Positions 39,001 to 52,800 of a stretch of 64,000 nt of DNA are shown here, in pieces (the stretch's first letter is position 1; every line of letters begins with the position of its first letter). The stretch lies in NCBI RefSeq assembly GCF_902652985.1, contig NC_047018.1:3720001-3784000 (forward strand). The letters run 5' to 3'. Made by a program: the position numbers and the translations under genes. Under the pieces are notes generated by a model, which saw nothing but the letters and a program-made list of their open reading frames with translations, did no database searches and was not told the DNA's origin. Source of the stretch: Pecten maximus. Its lineage: Eukaryota.

Positions 39001-40260
39001 AATATTACTACCCGTCCGAGACCTTCAGATAATATAACTACCCGTCCGAGACCTTCAGATAATATAACTACCCGTCCGAGACCTTAGATAATATAACTAC
39101 CCGTCCGAGACCTTCTGACAATGTAACTACCCGTCCGAGACATTCAGACAATATAAGAACCCGTCCGAGACCTTCACACAATATAACTACCCGTCCGAGA
39201 CCTTCTGACAATGTAACTACCCGTCCGAGACCTTCACACAATATCACTACCCGTCCGAGACCTTAGATAATATAACTACCCGTCCGAAACCTTCAGACAA
39301 TATAACTACCCGTCCGAGACCTTCAGACAATATAACTACCCGTCCGAGACCTTAGACAATATAACTACCCGTCCGAGACCTTCTGACAATATAACTACCC
39401 GTCCGAGACCTTCAGACAATATAACTACCCGTCCGAGACCTTCAGACAATATAACTACCCGTCCGAGACCTAAGACAATATAACTACCCGTCCGAGACCT
39501 TAGATAATATAACTACCCGTCAGAGACCTTAGATAATATAACTACCCGTCCGAGACCTTCAGACAATATAACTACCCGTCCGAGACCTTCAAACAATATA
39601 ACTACCCGTCCGAGACCTTAGATAATATAACTACCCGTCCGAGACCTTCAGACAATATAACTACCCGTCCGAGACCTTCAGATAATATAACTACCCGTCC
39701 GAGACCTTCAGACAATATAACTACCCGTCCGAGACCTTCAGACAATATAACTACCCGTCCGAGACCTTAGATAATATAACTACCCGTCCGAGACCTTCAC
39801 ACAATATAACTACCCATCCGAGACCTTAGATAATAAAACTACCCGTCCGAGACCTTCAGGCAATATAACTACCCGTCCGAGACATTCAGACAATATAACT
39901 ACCCGTCCGAGATCTTCAGATAACATAACTACCCGTCCGACACCTTCAGATAACATAACTACCCGTCCGAGACCTTCAGACAATATAACAACCCGTCCGA
40001 GACCTTCACACAATATAACTACCCGTCCGAGACCTTCTGACAATGTAACTACCCGTCCGAGACCCTCACACAAAATAACTACCCGTCCGAGACCTTCACA
40101 CAATATAACTACCCATCCGAGACCTTCAGATAATATAACTACCCGTCCGAGACCTTCAGATAATATAACAACCTGTCCGAGACCTTAGATAATATAACTA
40201 CCCGTCCGAGACCTTCAGACAATATAACTACCCGTCCGAGACCTTCAGATAATATAACAA
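33092..40260. repeat. 29/30-bp minisatellite, ~240 copies, with higher-order duplications
   Basis: Unit aactacccgtccgagaccttcagacaatat. Accounts for all the EGLGRVVILS ORFs. Confidence 0.97.
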
Positions 40261-41190
40261 CACACGACATGAATGGCCAAGCACACAAATACTAATAAAT
40301 CGAATGTTATCCATCCAAAATGATAAAAGTTTGATAAACCTCTTTATCTGACTTTTGAGTGTCTCTCTACAGGAATATTTTCAAATCCCTATACATGTTC
40401 ACGGTAAAGAATATGTATCTTATAAGGAGTTGACCTATTTATTTATTGACATATTGTCGAAACTGCTCTAAAATCAACCACTACAGTAATACCACAGTAT
40501 CTTTTATACATATTGAATTATTGATCGTCTAATTGGCATAACCTGATGCATTAAATCAATAGAAATGAAGAATCAATATATTTTTTCTTAATGATATAGT
40601 AATATAATCAAGTCTTAAATTAATTGTGTAACTTTTTTCAAATCCTTCTTACCGGTTTGAAAAAAGACACGAGTATATGATATTATATTTGAAGTTTCAC
40701 GAATTATTTTATCTTTTTTGGAAACATGGCCTAATTTACACATGTACTAAAACATTGGATCTGTAACACTTACTTCAAGAAGAGATTTGTCTCAAAGTAT
40801 TACACATTGACGATGTTAACCTACACGTGTCCCTCTATGGTAAAGACTCCTACATACGTTAAGAGTCACGAGAATCAATTTATCCACAATAGACACGTGC
40901 ATGTGGTAATATTTATTCCCAAAACTATGTCTGAAGAGAATATCTGTTTTACTATGATCATTTTACAGTTTGCTATTCTATATTTTATAATCTGAGAATA
41001 TTGTCGGTATTCTATAGCTCTGCTGACAGAGTTCAGAGTAATCTGAGAATATTGTCGGTATTCTATAGCTCTGCTGACAGAGTTCACAGTTTAAAGACGT
41101 GTATTCATTCGAGTTCATTTTATTTGTGATGATAAAAAACAAACAAAAGTTTTCATTTAGTTTTCACTTCATTTCAACTGGCCGGAATGT

Positions 41191-44100
41191 TCATCCTAGA
41201 AGTCCAGCAGCCTGTAGCTTGAGGAGAGAATCAGTGAGAGAGCTCAGGTAATGGCCGTCCGCCGCTGTGGAGAAATGTTCAAAAACATTAATAAGTAGTA
41301 TGGAAATCAAAGGATTGGTCTAGCTTTAGGCACGAAGTGTTAAAATCTTTACTACATTGTATTAATGTATAGGTCATATGTGCATGTGCATAACTCGTGT
41401 CAGTAGAAAACCATTATAAAACGGTTATTGCGAGAGCGATCTGTATTGGCAATGATTCATTGTCACATTTGGTAAAATAAGATGTCAAATATTCACAAGA
41501 ATCCTGATCACATTATCCTCATTAAACGAAAAATTCTATTATCGTTTTTAATCTCAGAAAACAACAGTTTCTGGCCTACCCAAGCAATTATCAGCGGCAA
41601 GCACGAAGCCGTTACAACATGTGATCTGCTGGTCTGGACAGGCGCCCTTGTTAGGGACGAGCTGGGTATCGATGTAGGTGATCAACTTCTCACTGTATTG
41701 AAGAAAAGTAAGATGGTGATGGAACACAACAAAATAAGTATGTAACACACACAATGTAAACATTCTACATCTCGGTCATATTGATCTATGATCGACTCAT
41801 TCACTTGGAATCATGAAAACAATGTCAGGGTCACTAAGTCTTCTTCCATAACAGTGTTTTTTTCTAATCGGAATAGGGGGAGCATAAAGATGTTTGACCT
41901 CTATTGTTGTCCTTACTGTTGGAAACCAGTCAGATTGTTAGTTACATGACATTAATTATTCGCAAGATGGTTGTCATGGTGACCAGGATTTTCATCGAGG
42001 TGGAAACAAATAATGAGAGGAGACGATGAGACTTGAAATGAAGAGTAAAACATACAAGCTTTTTAAAAAATTGTCTCTGATCAAATCAAAATCGCCAATT
42101 TGTGAAATTATGATGCTGCTTGTGAAATAATAAGTCGATTTAAAGGATGGAAAAAATGGAGTCATTTTTAAGGTTGATTTCTCTAATCTTGAAAAGAATC
42201 ATCTCTATTGAAAAATCAAGTACACAATTTTACACAAAGGCAAAGTGCCTAACATTTCATTACGTTACGGCATAATCGGTGTTTGCCTAATGAGCGTATT
42301 AAACGCTTTTGGACTAAATCTGCGAATAGCAAATACTGATGTTTATGGAATGACGTACACATATTGTATATTGGTAGTCTCGCATGTCTTGGTGTTCAGA
42401 AATCCACATCCGTCCTGTGTGTGAACCTGGACCGACTCTTTGATGGTGTGGGCTGCGATCTTTGACACCGTTGTGGTGTTAACTACCTGGTCAGCACCGT
42501 TCTTACAGCACCAGTTACTGTAACATATAACGATAGACACATCACCAGTTACTGTAACATATAACGATAGACACATCACCAGTTACTGTAACATATAGAC
42601 ACATCACCAGTTACTGTAACACATAGACACATCACCAGTTACTGTAACATATAGACACATCACCAGTTACTGTAACATATAGACACATCACCAGTTACTG
42701 TAACACATAGACACATCACCAGTTACTGTAACATATAGACACATCACCAGTTACTGTAACATATAGACACATCACCAGTTACTGTAACATATAGACACAT
42801 CACCAGTTACTGTAACATATAACGATAGACACATCACCAGTTACTGTAACACATAGACACATCACCAGTTACTGTAACATATAACGATAGACACATCACC
42901 AGTTACTGTAACATATAACGATAGACACATCACCAGTTACTGTAACATATAACGATAGACACATCACCAGTTACTGTAACATATAACGATAGACACATCA
43001 CCAGTTACTGTAACATATAACGATAGACACATCACCAGTTACTGTAACATATAACGATAGACACATCACCAGTTACTGTAACATATAGACACATCACCAG
43101 TTACTGTAACATATAACGATAGACACATCACCAGTTACTGTAACATATAGACACATCACCAGTTACTGTAACATATAACGATAGACACATCACCAGTTAC
43201 TGTAACATATAGACACATCACCAGTTACTGTAACATATAGACACAGCACCAGTTAATGTAACATATAGACACAGCACCAGTTAATGTAACATATAACGAT
43301 AGACACATCACCAGTTACTGTAACATATAACGATAGACACATCACCAGTTACTGTAACATATAACGATAGACACATCACCAGTTACTGTAACATATAACG
43401 ATAGACACATCACCACTTACTGTAACACATAAACACATCACCAGTTACTGTAACATATAGACACATCACCAGTTACTGTAACATATAACGATAGACACAT
43501 CACCAGTTACTGTAACATATAACGATAGACACATCACCAGTTACTGTAACATATAACGATAGACACATCACCAGTTACTGTAACATATAGACACATCACC
43601 AGTTACTGTAACATATATAACGATAGACACATCACCAGTTACTGTAACATATAACGATAGACACATCACCAGTTACTGTAACATATAACGATAGACACAT
43701 CACCAGTTACTGTAACATATAACGATAGACACATCACCAGTTACTGTAACATATAACGATAGACACATCACCAGTTACTGTAACATATAACGATAGACAC
43801 ATCACCAGTTACTGTAACATATAACGATAGACACATCACCAGTTACTGTAACATATAACGATAGACACATCACCAGTTACTGTAACATATAACGATAGAC
43901 ACATCACCAGTTACTGTAACATATAACGAAATCACCAGTTACTGTAACATATAACGATAGACACATCACCAGTTACTGTAACATATAGACACATCACCAG
44001 TTACTGTAACATATAACGATAGACACATCACCAGTTACTGTAACATATAACGATAGACACATCACCAGTTACTGTAACATATAACGATAGACACATCACC

Positions 44101-47100
44101 AGTTACTCTAACATATAGACACATCACCAGTTACTGTAACATATAACGATAGACACATCACCAGTTACTGTAACATATAGACACATCACCAGTTACTGTA
44201 ACATATAACGAAATCACCAGTTACTGTAACATATAACGAAATCACCAGTTACTGTAACATATAACGAAATCACCAGTTACTGTAACATATAACGATAGAC
44301 ACATCACCAGTTACTGTAACATATAGACACATCACCAGTTACTGTAACATATAACGACAGCACCAGTTACTGTAACATATAACGATAGACACATCACCAG
44401 TTACTGTAACATATAACGATAGACACATCACCAGTTACTGTAACATATAACGATAGACACATCACCAGTTACTGTAACATATAACGACATCACCAGTTAC
44501 TGTAACATATAGACACATCACCAGTTACTGTAACATATAACGATAGACACATCACCAGTTACTGTAACATATAGACACATCACCAGTTACTGTAACATAT
44601 AACGATAGACACATCACCAGTTACTGTAACATATAGACACATCACCAGTTACTGTAACATATAACGATAGACACATCACCAGTTACTGTAACATATAGAC
44701 ACATCACCAGTTACTGTAACATATAACGACATCACCAGTTACTGTAACATATAACGATAGACACAGCACCAGTTACTGTAACATATAGACACATCACCAG
44801 TTACTGTAACATATAGACACATCACCAGTTACTGTAACATATAGACACATCACCAGTTACTGTAACACATAGACACATCACCAGTTACTGTAACATATAG
44901 ACACATCGCCAGTTACTGTAACATATAGACACATCACCAGTTACTGTAACATATAACGATAGACACATCACCAGTTACTGTAACATATAACGATAGACAC
45001 ATCACCAGTTACTGTAACATATAACGATAGACACATCACCAGTTACTGTAACATATAACGATAGACACATCACCAGTTACTGTAACATATATACACATCA
45101 CCAGTTACTGTAACATATAGACACATCACCAGTTACTGTAACATATAGACACATCACCAGTTACTGTAACATATAGACACATCACCAGTTACTGTAACAT
45201 ATAGACACATCACCAGTTACTGTAACATATAGACACATCACCAGTTACTGTAACATATAGACACATCACCAGTTACTGTAACATATAGACACATCACCAG
45301 TTACTGTAACATATAGACACATCACCAGTTACTGTAACATATAACGATAGACACATCACCAGTTACTGTAACATATAACGATAGACACATCACCAGTTAC
45401 TGTAACATATAACGACATCACCAGTTACTGTAACATATAACGATAGACACATCACCAGTTACTGTAACATATAGACACATCACCAGTTACTGTAACATAT
45501 AGACACATCACCAGTTACTGTAACATATAACGACATCACCAGTTACTGTAACATATAACGATAGACACATCACCAGTTACTGTAACATATAGACACATCA
45601 CCAGTTACTGTAACATATAACGATAGACACATCACCAGTTACTGTAACATATAGACACATCACCAGTTACTGTAACATATAGACACATCACCAGTTACTG
45701 TAACATATAACGATAGACACATCACCAGTTACTGTAACATATAGACACATCACCAGTTACTGTAACATATAACGATAGACACATCACCAGTTACTGTAAC
45801 ATATAGACACATCACCAGTTACTGTAACATATAACGATAGACACATCACCAGTTACTGTAACATATAACGATAGACACATCACCAGTTACTGTAACATAT
45901 AACGATAGACACATCACCAGTTACTGTAACATATAACGATAGACACATCACCAGTTACTGTAACATATAGACACATCACCAGTTACTGTAACATATAACG
46001 ATAGACACATCACCAGTTACTGTAACATATAGACACATCACCAGTTACTGTAACATATAACGATAGACACATCACCAGTTACTGTAACATATAACGATAG
46101 ACACATCACCAGTTACTGTAACATATAACGATAGACACATCACCAGTTACTGTAACATATAACGATAGACACATCACCAGTTACTGTAACATATAGACAC
46201 ATCACCAGTTACTGTAACATATAACGATAGACACATCACCAGTTACTGTAACATATAACGATAGACACATCACCAGTTACTGTAACATATAACGATAGAC
46301 ACATCACCAGTTACTGTAACATATAACGATAGACACATCACCAGTTACTGTAACATATAACGATACACACATCACCAGTTACTGTAACATATAACGATAT
46401 ACACATCACCAGTTACTGTAACATATAACGATAGACACATCACCAGTTACTGTAACATATAACGATAGACACATCACCAGTTACTGTAACATATAACGAT
46501 AGACACATCACCAGTTACTGTAACATATAGACACATCACCAGTTACTGTAACATATAACGACATCACCAGTTACTGTAACATATAGACACATCACCAGTT
46601 ACTGTAACATATAACGATAGACACATCACCAGTTACTGTAACATATAGACACATCACCAGTTACTGTAACATATAACGATAGACACATCACCAGTTACTG
46701 TAACATATAGACACATCACTAGTTACTGTAACATATAGACACATCACCAGTTACTGTAACATATAGACACATCACCAGTTACTGTAACATATAACGATAG
46801 ACACATCACCAGTTACTGTAACATATAGACACATCACCAGTTACTGTAACATATAGACACATCACCAGTTACTGTAACATATAACGATAGACACATCACC
46901 AGTTACTGTAACATATAGACACATCACCAGTTACTGTAACATATAACGATAGACACATCACCAGTTACTGTAACATATAGACACATCACCAGTTACTGTA
47001 ACATATAACGACATCACCAGTTACTGTAACATATAGACACATCACCAGTTACTGTAACATATAGACACATCACCAGTTACTGTAACATATAACGATAGAC

Positions 47101-48565
47101 ACATCACCAGTTACTGTAACATATAACGATAGACACATCACCAGTTACTGTAACATATATAACGATAGACACATCACCAGTTACTGTAACATATAGACAC
47201 ATCACCAGTTACTGTAACATATAACGATAGACACATCACCAGTTACTGTAACATATAGACACATCACCAGTTACTGTAACATATAACGATAGACACATCA
47301 CCAGTTACTGTAACATATAACGATAGACACATCACCAGTTACTGTAACATATAGACACATCACCAGTTACTGTAACATATAACGATAGACACATCACCAG
47401 TTACTGTAACATATAGACACATCACCAGTTACTGTAACATATAACGATAGACACATCACCAGTTACTGTAACATATAGACACATCACCAGTTACTGTAAC
47501 ATATAACGATAGACACATCACCAGTTACTGTAACATATAGACACATCACCAGTTACTGTAACATATAGATACATCACCAGTTACTGTAACATATAGACAC
47601 ATCACCAGTTACTGTAACATATAGACACAGCACCAGTTACTGTAACACATAGACACATCACCAGTTACTGTAACATATAACGATAGACACATCACCAGTT
47701 ACTGTAACATATAACGATAGACACATCACCAGTTACTGTAACATATAGACACATCACCAGTTACTGTAACATATAGACACATCACCAGTTACTGTAACAT
47801 ATAGACACATCACCAGTTACTGTAACATATAGACTCATCACCAGTTACTGTAACATATAGACTCATCACCAGTTACTGTAACATATAGACACATCACCAG
47901 TTACTGTAACATATAGACACATCACCAGTTACTGTAACATATAGACACATCACCAGTTACTGTAACATATAACGAAATCACCATATACTTCAAGTCAGCC
48001 ATAGACAAAGATATCACAGAATTCCCTTTTTGTTAGTTCTGTACTCTATATCAAAAACCGATAGATTTGATATGCAAATTAAGCAGTAATTCTAACTACA
48101 TTATGTAAGCGCAAAATATAAACAATGACTGAGATTCAACTGGACTTCTGGTCTAGTGAGACTGGCAGGCTATTTGTGACAATTCGTTATTATGGTAGTG
48201 AAAACGCAGCGGTCAGCTGTAGAATATATATCACATCATATGGATATCTAAATTCCGTGCATCTATAGTGTATGCTAAGTTAAATGTTTAGATAGCTTCT
48301 GTATACTTTGCATGTTGTCATTCCTATATAAGGTGTTAGACATAAAGCACTCTAAGTGTTCAATAACTGATCATTATATATATATACTGAACCTGCTATC
48401 GCCCATTTTCTTCCCTCTTTTCAGCATCAGCTGCAGGTGTCGGGGTAGCTGGTCATAGTGCACACTGGCCAATAAATCCAGCTCAGCTTGTGTATAAACA
48501 CGGGACTCCGAAACACCCCAGAGTGCCAACACTATCACAATCTGTACCAAAAACAATTTATACAT
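41191..48565 (-). CDS. Secreted 8-Cys EMI-like preproprotein C, about 172 aa
   Basis: Exons 48393-48565, 42359-42517, 41580-41692, 41191-41264 (phases 2,2,1). MYKLFLVQIVIVLALWGVSES...YDQLPRHLQLMLKRGKKMGDSSNWCCK...GCGFLNTKTCE...ACPDQQITCCNGFVLAADNCLAADGHYLSSLTDSLLKLQAAGLLG*. TATTTAAA about 50 bp upstream; AATAAA on the - strand at about 41119-41124. Confidence 0.88.
42510..47985. repeat. 28/34-bp minisatellite, ~175 copies, filling intron 1 of gene C; the unit contains the splice acceptor
   Basis: Unit accagttactgtaacatata(acgata)gacacatc, which on the - strand reads ...tatgttacag|TAACTGGTG. Confidence 0.97.
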
Positions 48566-49831
48566 CTTTGTTTAATGGGGGAGTCGCAGGTGTGGTAGTC
48601 CACCGTACACTGTACTTTAAATAGTGGCATAGACTATGACACATATACAGACAAGGTCATCCTATCAGTTATAGAGATAAGCACTGTCTCTGGCTTACTG
48701 TCCGGAAAACCATACAAATTACAAGGAATCAACAGGAAACCATATGATTTAGTCGTGTAACAAACTAAGGTGCATTATTGGAATATATTTAATGATCATG
48801 TTCTGTTTGATTTGAAAGAAGTTATTGTATTTCAAACTTGAAGCTCAACATCACATAGTAATACTATCGTTATCCTGAATAGCCCAAGACGATATTAGCA
48901 TAGGGCAACCAACAAGACAAGCTTGCTAATACTTCTTCTGAGCAAAAGAATAAAAACAATGATACATACTTTAAAATGAATATTGTTGTTTATTGTATTA
49001 TATGATTGTTACAAACTGTATCATATCAAAATTGTCATAAACATCATAAAAGGTCCAAACCTGCCACAATGATTCCTGTACACATCTCCATACCCGCGAG
49101 AACCAGGCACGTGGAGTATAACACTTTATGGTACAAACTGTGTGCAGAGACTCTATCAAAACTGGTATCTAGAACGAACTGTTATTAATGTTGGGTGAAA
49201 TATTTGTAAACCTGGGGCCTATGTATAGCTAGGTATGTGTAGAAGAGTGCTGTGTCAGTGCATTTTCTTTTGTATCTCTATTGCATGGTTGTAAATAAAT
49301 GTATATAAGTTGGTTATGCTGGTTCTCATTAGTTTTTGACACCTAATACCACACCTCGTGACAGCGGAATAATGAACATTTATTAAAGTGGTGTAAAAAT
49401 GGCACGGATATGGGTGATAAAGTATGAAAATACCAAATAAAATCCACTGATACTGTATATATAGTGGGTAATGAATTATATCTAAGTTTGTCGTTTGACG
49501 TTAATGATAAATGCTATATTTGCGGGGTTGAGCAAAGAGCAACATAACCATATTATTTTACGACATTTATTCAAATAAAGAAACCATCAATTCTTTTTTG
49601 TTATCATTTGTAGATCTGTCAATGATTGACCACCTACCTGTATATATACACCCAATAAAGAGATGTGACGTCACGGAAAATCCATTTAATGGACTATTTT
49701 TAACTATGTATATAGGGTAAAGAATGTGCCTACTTAAGCATGGTATTGATATTTATATTCACGGCTAGTGGTGAAACACATATACAACCATTTGGATCAC
49801 ACAAACGACATAACTAAACAACAGCCGAAAT

Positions 49832-52800
49832 ATGGCGACACAACTAGGTAACTCTGCCGAAGAGCGGCAAAGGAATGCTGACCGTTTAGTCAACTTATTG
49901 AATGTGGACGGCAATGGACAATGCGCTGATTGTGGTGCGATATGTAAGTGTTGGGTATGGTACCTAACATTGTGGTGTGATATGTAAGTGTTGACTGTGG
50001 TACCTAACATTGTGGTACGATATGTAAGTGTTGACTGTGGTACCTAACATTGTGGTACGATATGTAAGTGTTGACTGTGGTACCTAACATTGTGGTACGA
50101 TATGTAAGTGTTGACTGTGGTACCTAACATTGTGGTGCGATATGTAAGTGTTGGGTATGGTACCTAACATTGTGGTGTGATATGTAAGTGTTGGGTATGG
50201 TACCTAACATTGTGGTGTGATATGTAAGTGTTGACTGTGGTACCTAACATTGTGGTACGATATGTAAGTGTTGGGTATGGTACCTAACATTGTGGTACGA
50301 TATGTAAGTGTTGGGTATGGTACCTAACATTGTGGTGTGATATGTAAGTGTTGACTGTGGTACCTAACATTGTAGTACGATATGTAAGTGTTGGGTATGG
50401 TACCTAACATTGTGGTGTGATATGTAAGTGTTGGGTATGGTACCTAACATTGTGGTACGATATGTAAGTGTTGGGTATGGTACCTAACATTGTGGTACGA
50501 TATGTAAGTGTTGACTGTGGTACCTAACATTGTGGTACGATATGTAAGTGTTGGGTATGGTACCTAACATTGTGATGCGATATGTAAGTGTTGGGTATGG
50601 TACCTAACATTGTGGTACGATATGTAAGTGTTGACTGTGGTACCTAACATTGTGGTGCGATATGTAAGTGTTGGGTATGGTACCTAACATTGTGGTACGA
50701 TATGTAAGTGTTGGGTATGGTACCTAACATTGTGGTACGATATGTAAGTGTTGGGTATGGTACCTAACATTGTGGTGCGATATGTAAGTGTTGACTGTGG
50801 TACCTAACATTGTGGTACGATATGTAAGTGTTGGGTATGGTACCTAACATTGTGGTACGATATGTAAGTGTTGGGTATGGTACCTAACATTGTGGTGCGA
50901 TATGTAAGTGTTGGGTATGGTACCTAACATTGTGGTGCGATATGTAAGTGTTGGGTATGGTACCTAACATTGTGATGCGATATGTAAGTGTTGGGTATGG
51001 TACCTAACATTGTGGTACGATATGTAAGTGTTGACTGTGGTACCTAACATTGTGGTGCGATATGTAAGTGTTGGGTATGGTACCTAACATTGTGGTACGA
51101 TATGTAAGTGTTGGGTATGGTACCTAACATTGTGGTGTGATATGTAAGTGTTGGGTATGGTACCTAACATTGTGGTACGATATGTAAGTGTTGGCTATGG
51201 TACCTAACATTGTGGTACGATATGTAAGTGTTGACTGTGGTACCTAACATTGTGGTGTGATATGTAAGTGTTGGGTATGGTACCTAACATTGTGGTGTGA
51301 TATGTAAGTGTTGGGTATGGTACCTAACATTGTGGTACGATATGTAAGTGTTGGGTATGGTACCTAACATTGTGGTGCGATATGTAAGTGTTGGGTATGG
51401 TGCCTAACATTGTGGTGTGATATGTAAGTGTTGGGTATGGTACCTAACATTGTGGTACGATATGTAAGTGTTGGGTATGGTACCTAACATTGTGGTGCGA
51501 TATGTAAGTGTTGACTGTGGTACCTAACATTGTGGTACGATATGTAAGTGTTGGGTATGGTACCTAACATTGTGGTACGATATGTAACTGTTGGGTATGG
51601 TACCTAACATAGTGGTACGATATGTAAGTGTTGACTGTGGTACCTAACATTGTGGTACGATATGTAAGTGTTGACTGTGGTACCTAACATTGTGGTGTGA
51701 TATGTAAGTGTTGGGTATGGTACCTAACATTGTGGTACGATATGTAAGTGTTGGGTATGGTACCTAACATTGTGGTGTGATATGTAAGTGTTGGGTATGG
51801 TACCTAACATTGTGGTGTGATATGTAAGTGTTGGGTATGGTACCTAACATTGTGGTACGATATGTAAGTGTTGACTGTGGTACCTAACATTGTGGTACGA
51901 TATGTAAGTGTTGGGTATGGTACCTAACATTGTGGTACGATATGTAAGTGTTGGGTATGGTACCTAACATTGTGGTACGATATGTAAGTGTTGGGTATGG
52001 TACCTAACATTGTGGTGTGATATGTAAGTGTTGACTGTGTTACCTAACATTGTGGTGTGATATGTAAGTGTTGACTGTGGTACCTAACATTGTGGTACGA
52101 TATGTAAGTGTTGGGTATGGTACCTAACATTGTGGTACGATATGTAAGTGTTGACTGTGGTACCTAACATTGTGGTGTGATATGTAAGTGTTGGGTATGG
52201 TACCTAACATTGTGGTACGATATGTAAGTGTTTGCTGTGGTACCAACATGGTTGTTAGTCCTAACACTATTTTAACAGGTGGATAGTTGACTTTGTATAT
52301 TGGCCCAATATGACTTTATTGTTGCAAGGCAGTTCAGCGACAAACTTCCACATGACACTATTTCTCAACAGCCTTAGATCCGTCCTGTGTCGGTACATTC
52401 ACTACCTCTATACTGTATTCTCTGTTAACATTAGAGATTGTTTTAGGATCAAACCCCTATTCTGTTTTGGGGAATATATGTTTTAGCCTGTCTGGTGACC
52501 AAAGTTCTTCAGCCAACTTACAGGAGAGTTGGCATACCAGTTCTGAATTCTTATGAGTATCTACACTGGTTTAGTAAAAAAAACAAAAGTTATGGCGCCT
52601 ATGCCGCCCGTCCACTTCTACAGTTTATTCTGTTTAGGTGTCTTTCTATTACTCCTGCCATGAAGCGCAATCTTATCTGTCATTCGAATGTGTTATTCAC
52701 GAATTATTTTTTGTATAATAAAGTGTGTGTTGATCGGCAGAGCAGAAGTGTAAATAATATAAATGTAGGAAAGGGTGGTACACAAGTGTCCACGTTGAGT

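Noticed and set aside
33049-40103. ORFs of repeated EGLGRVVILS
   Set aside because: Translations of the 30-bp minisatellite, broken by 29-bp units; no gene structure.
27455-47985. Long regular arrays considered as CRISPR
   Set aside because: No unique spacers, no cas genes, eukaryotic context.
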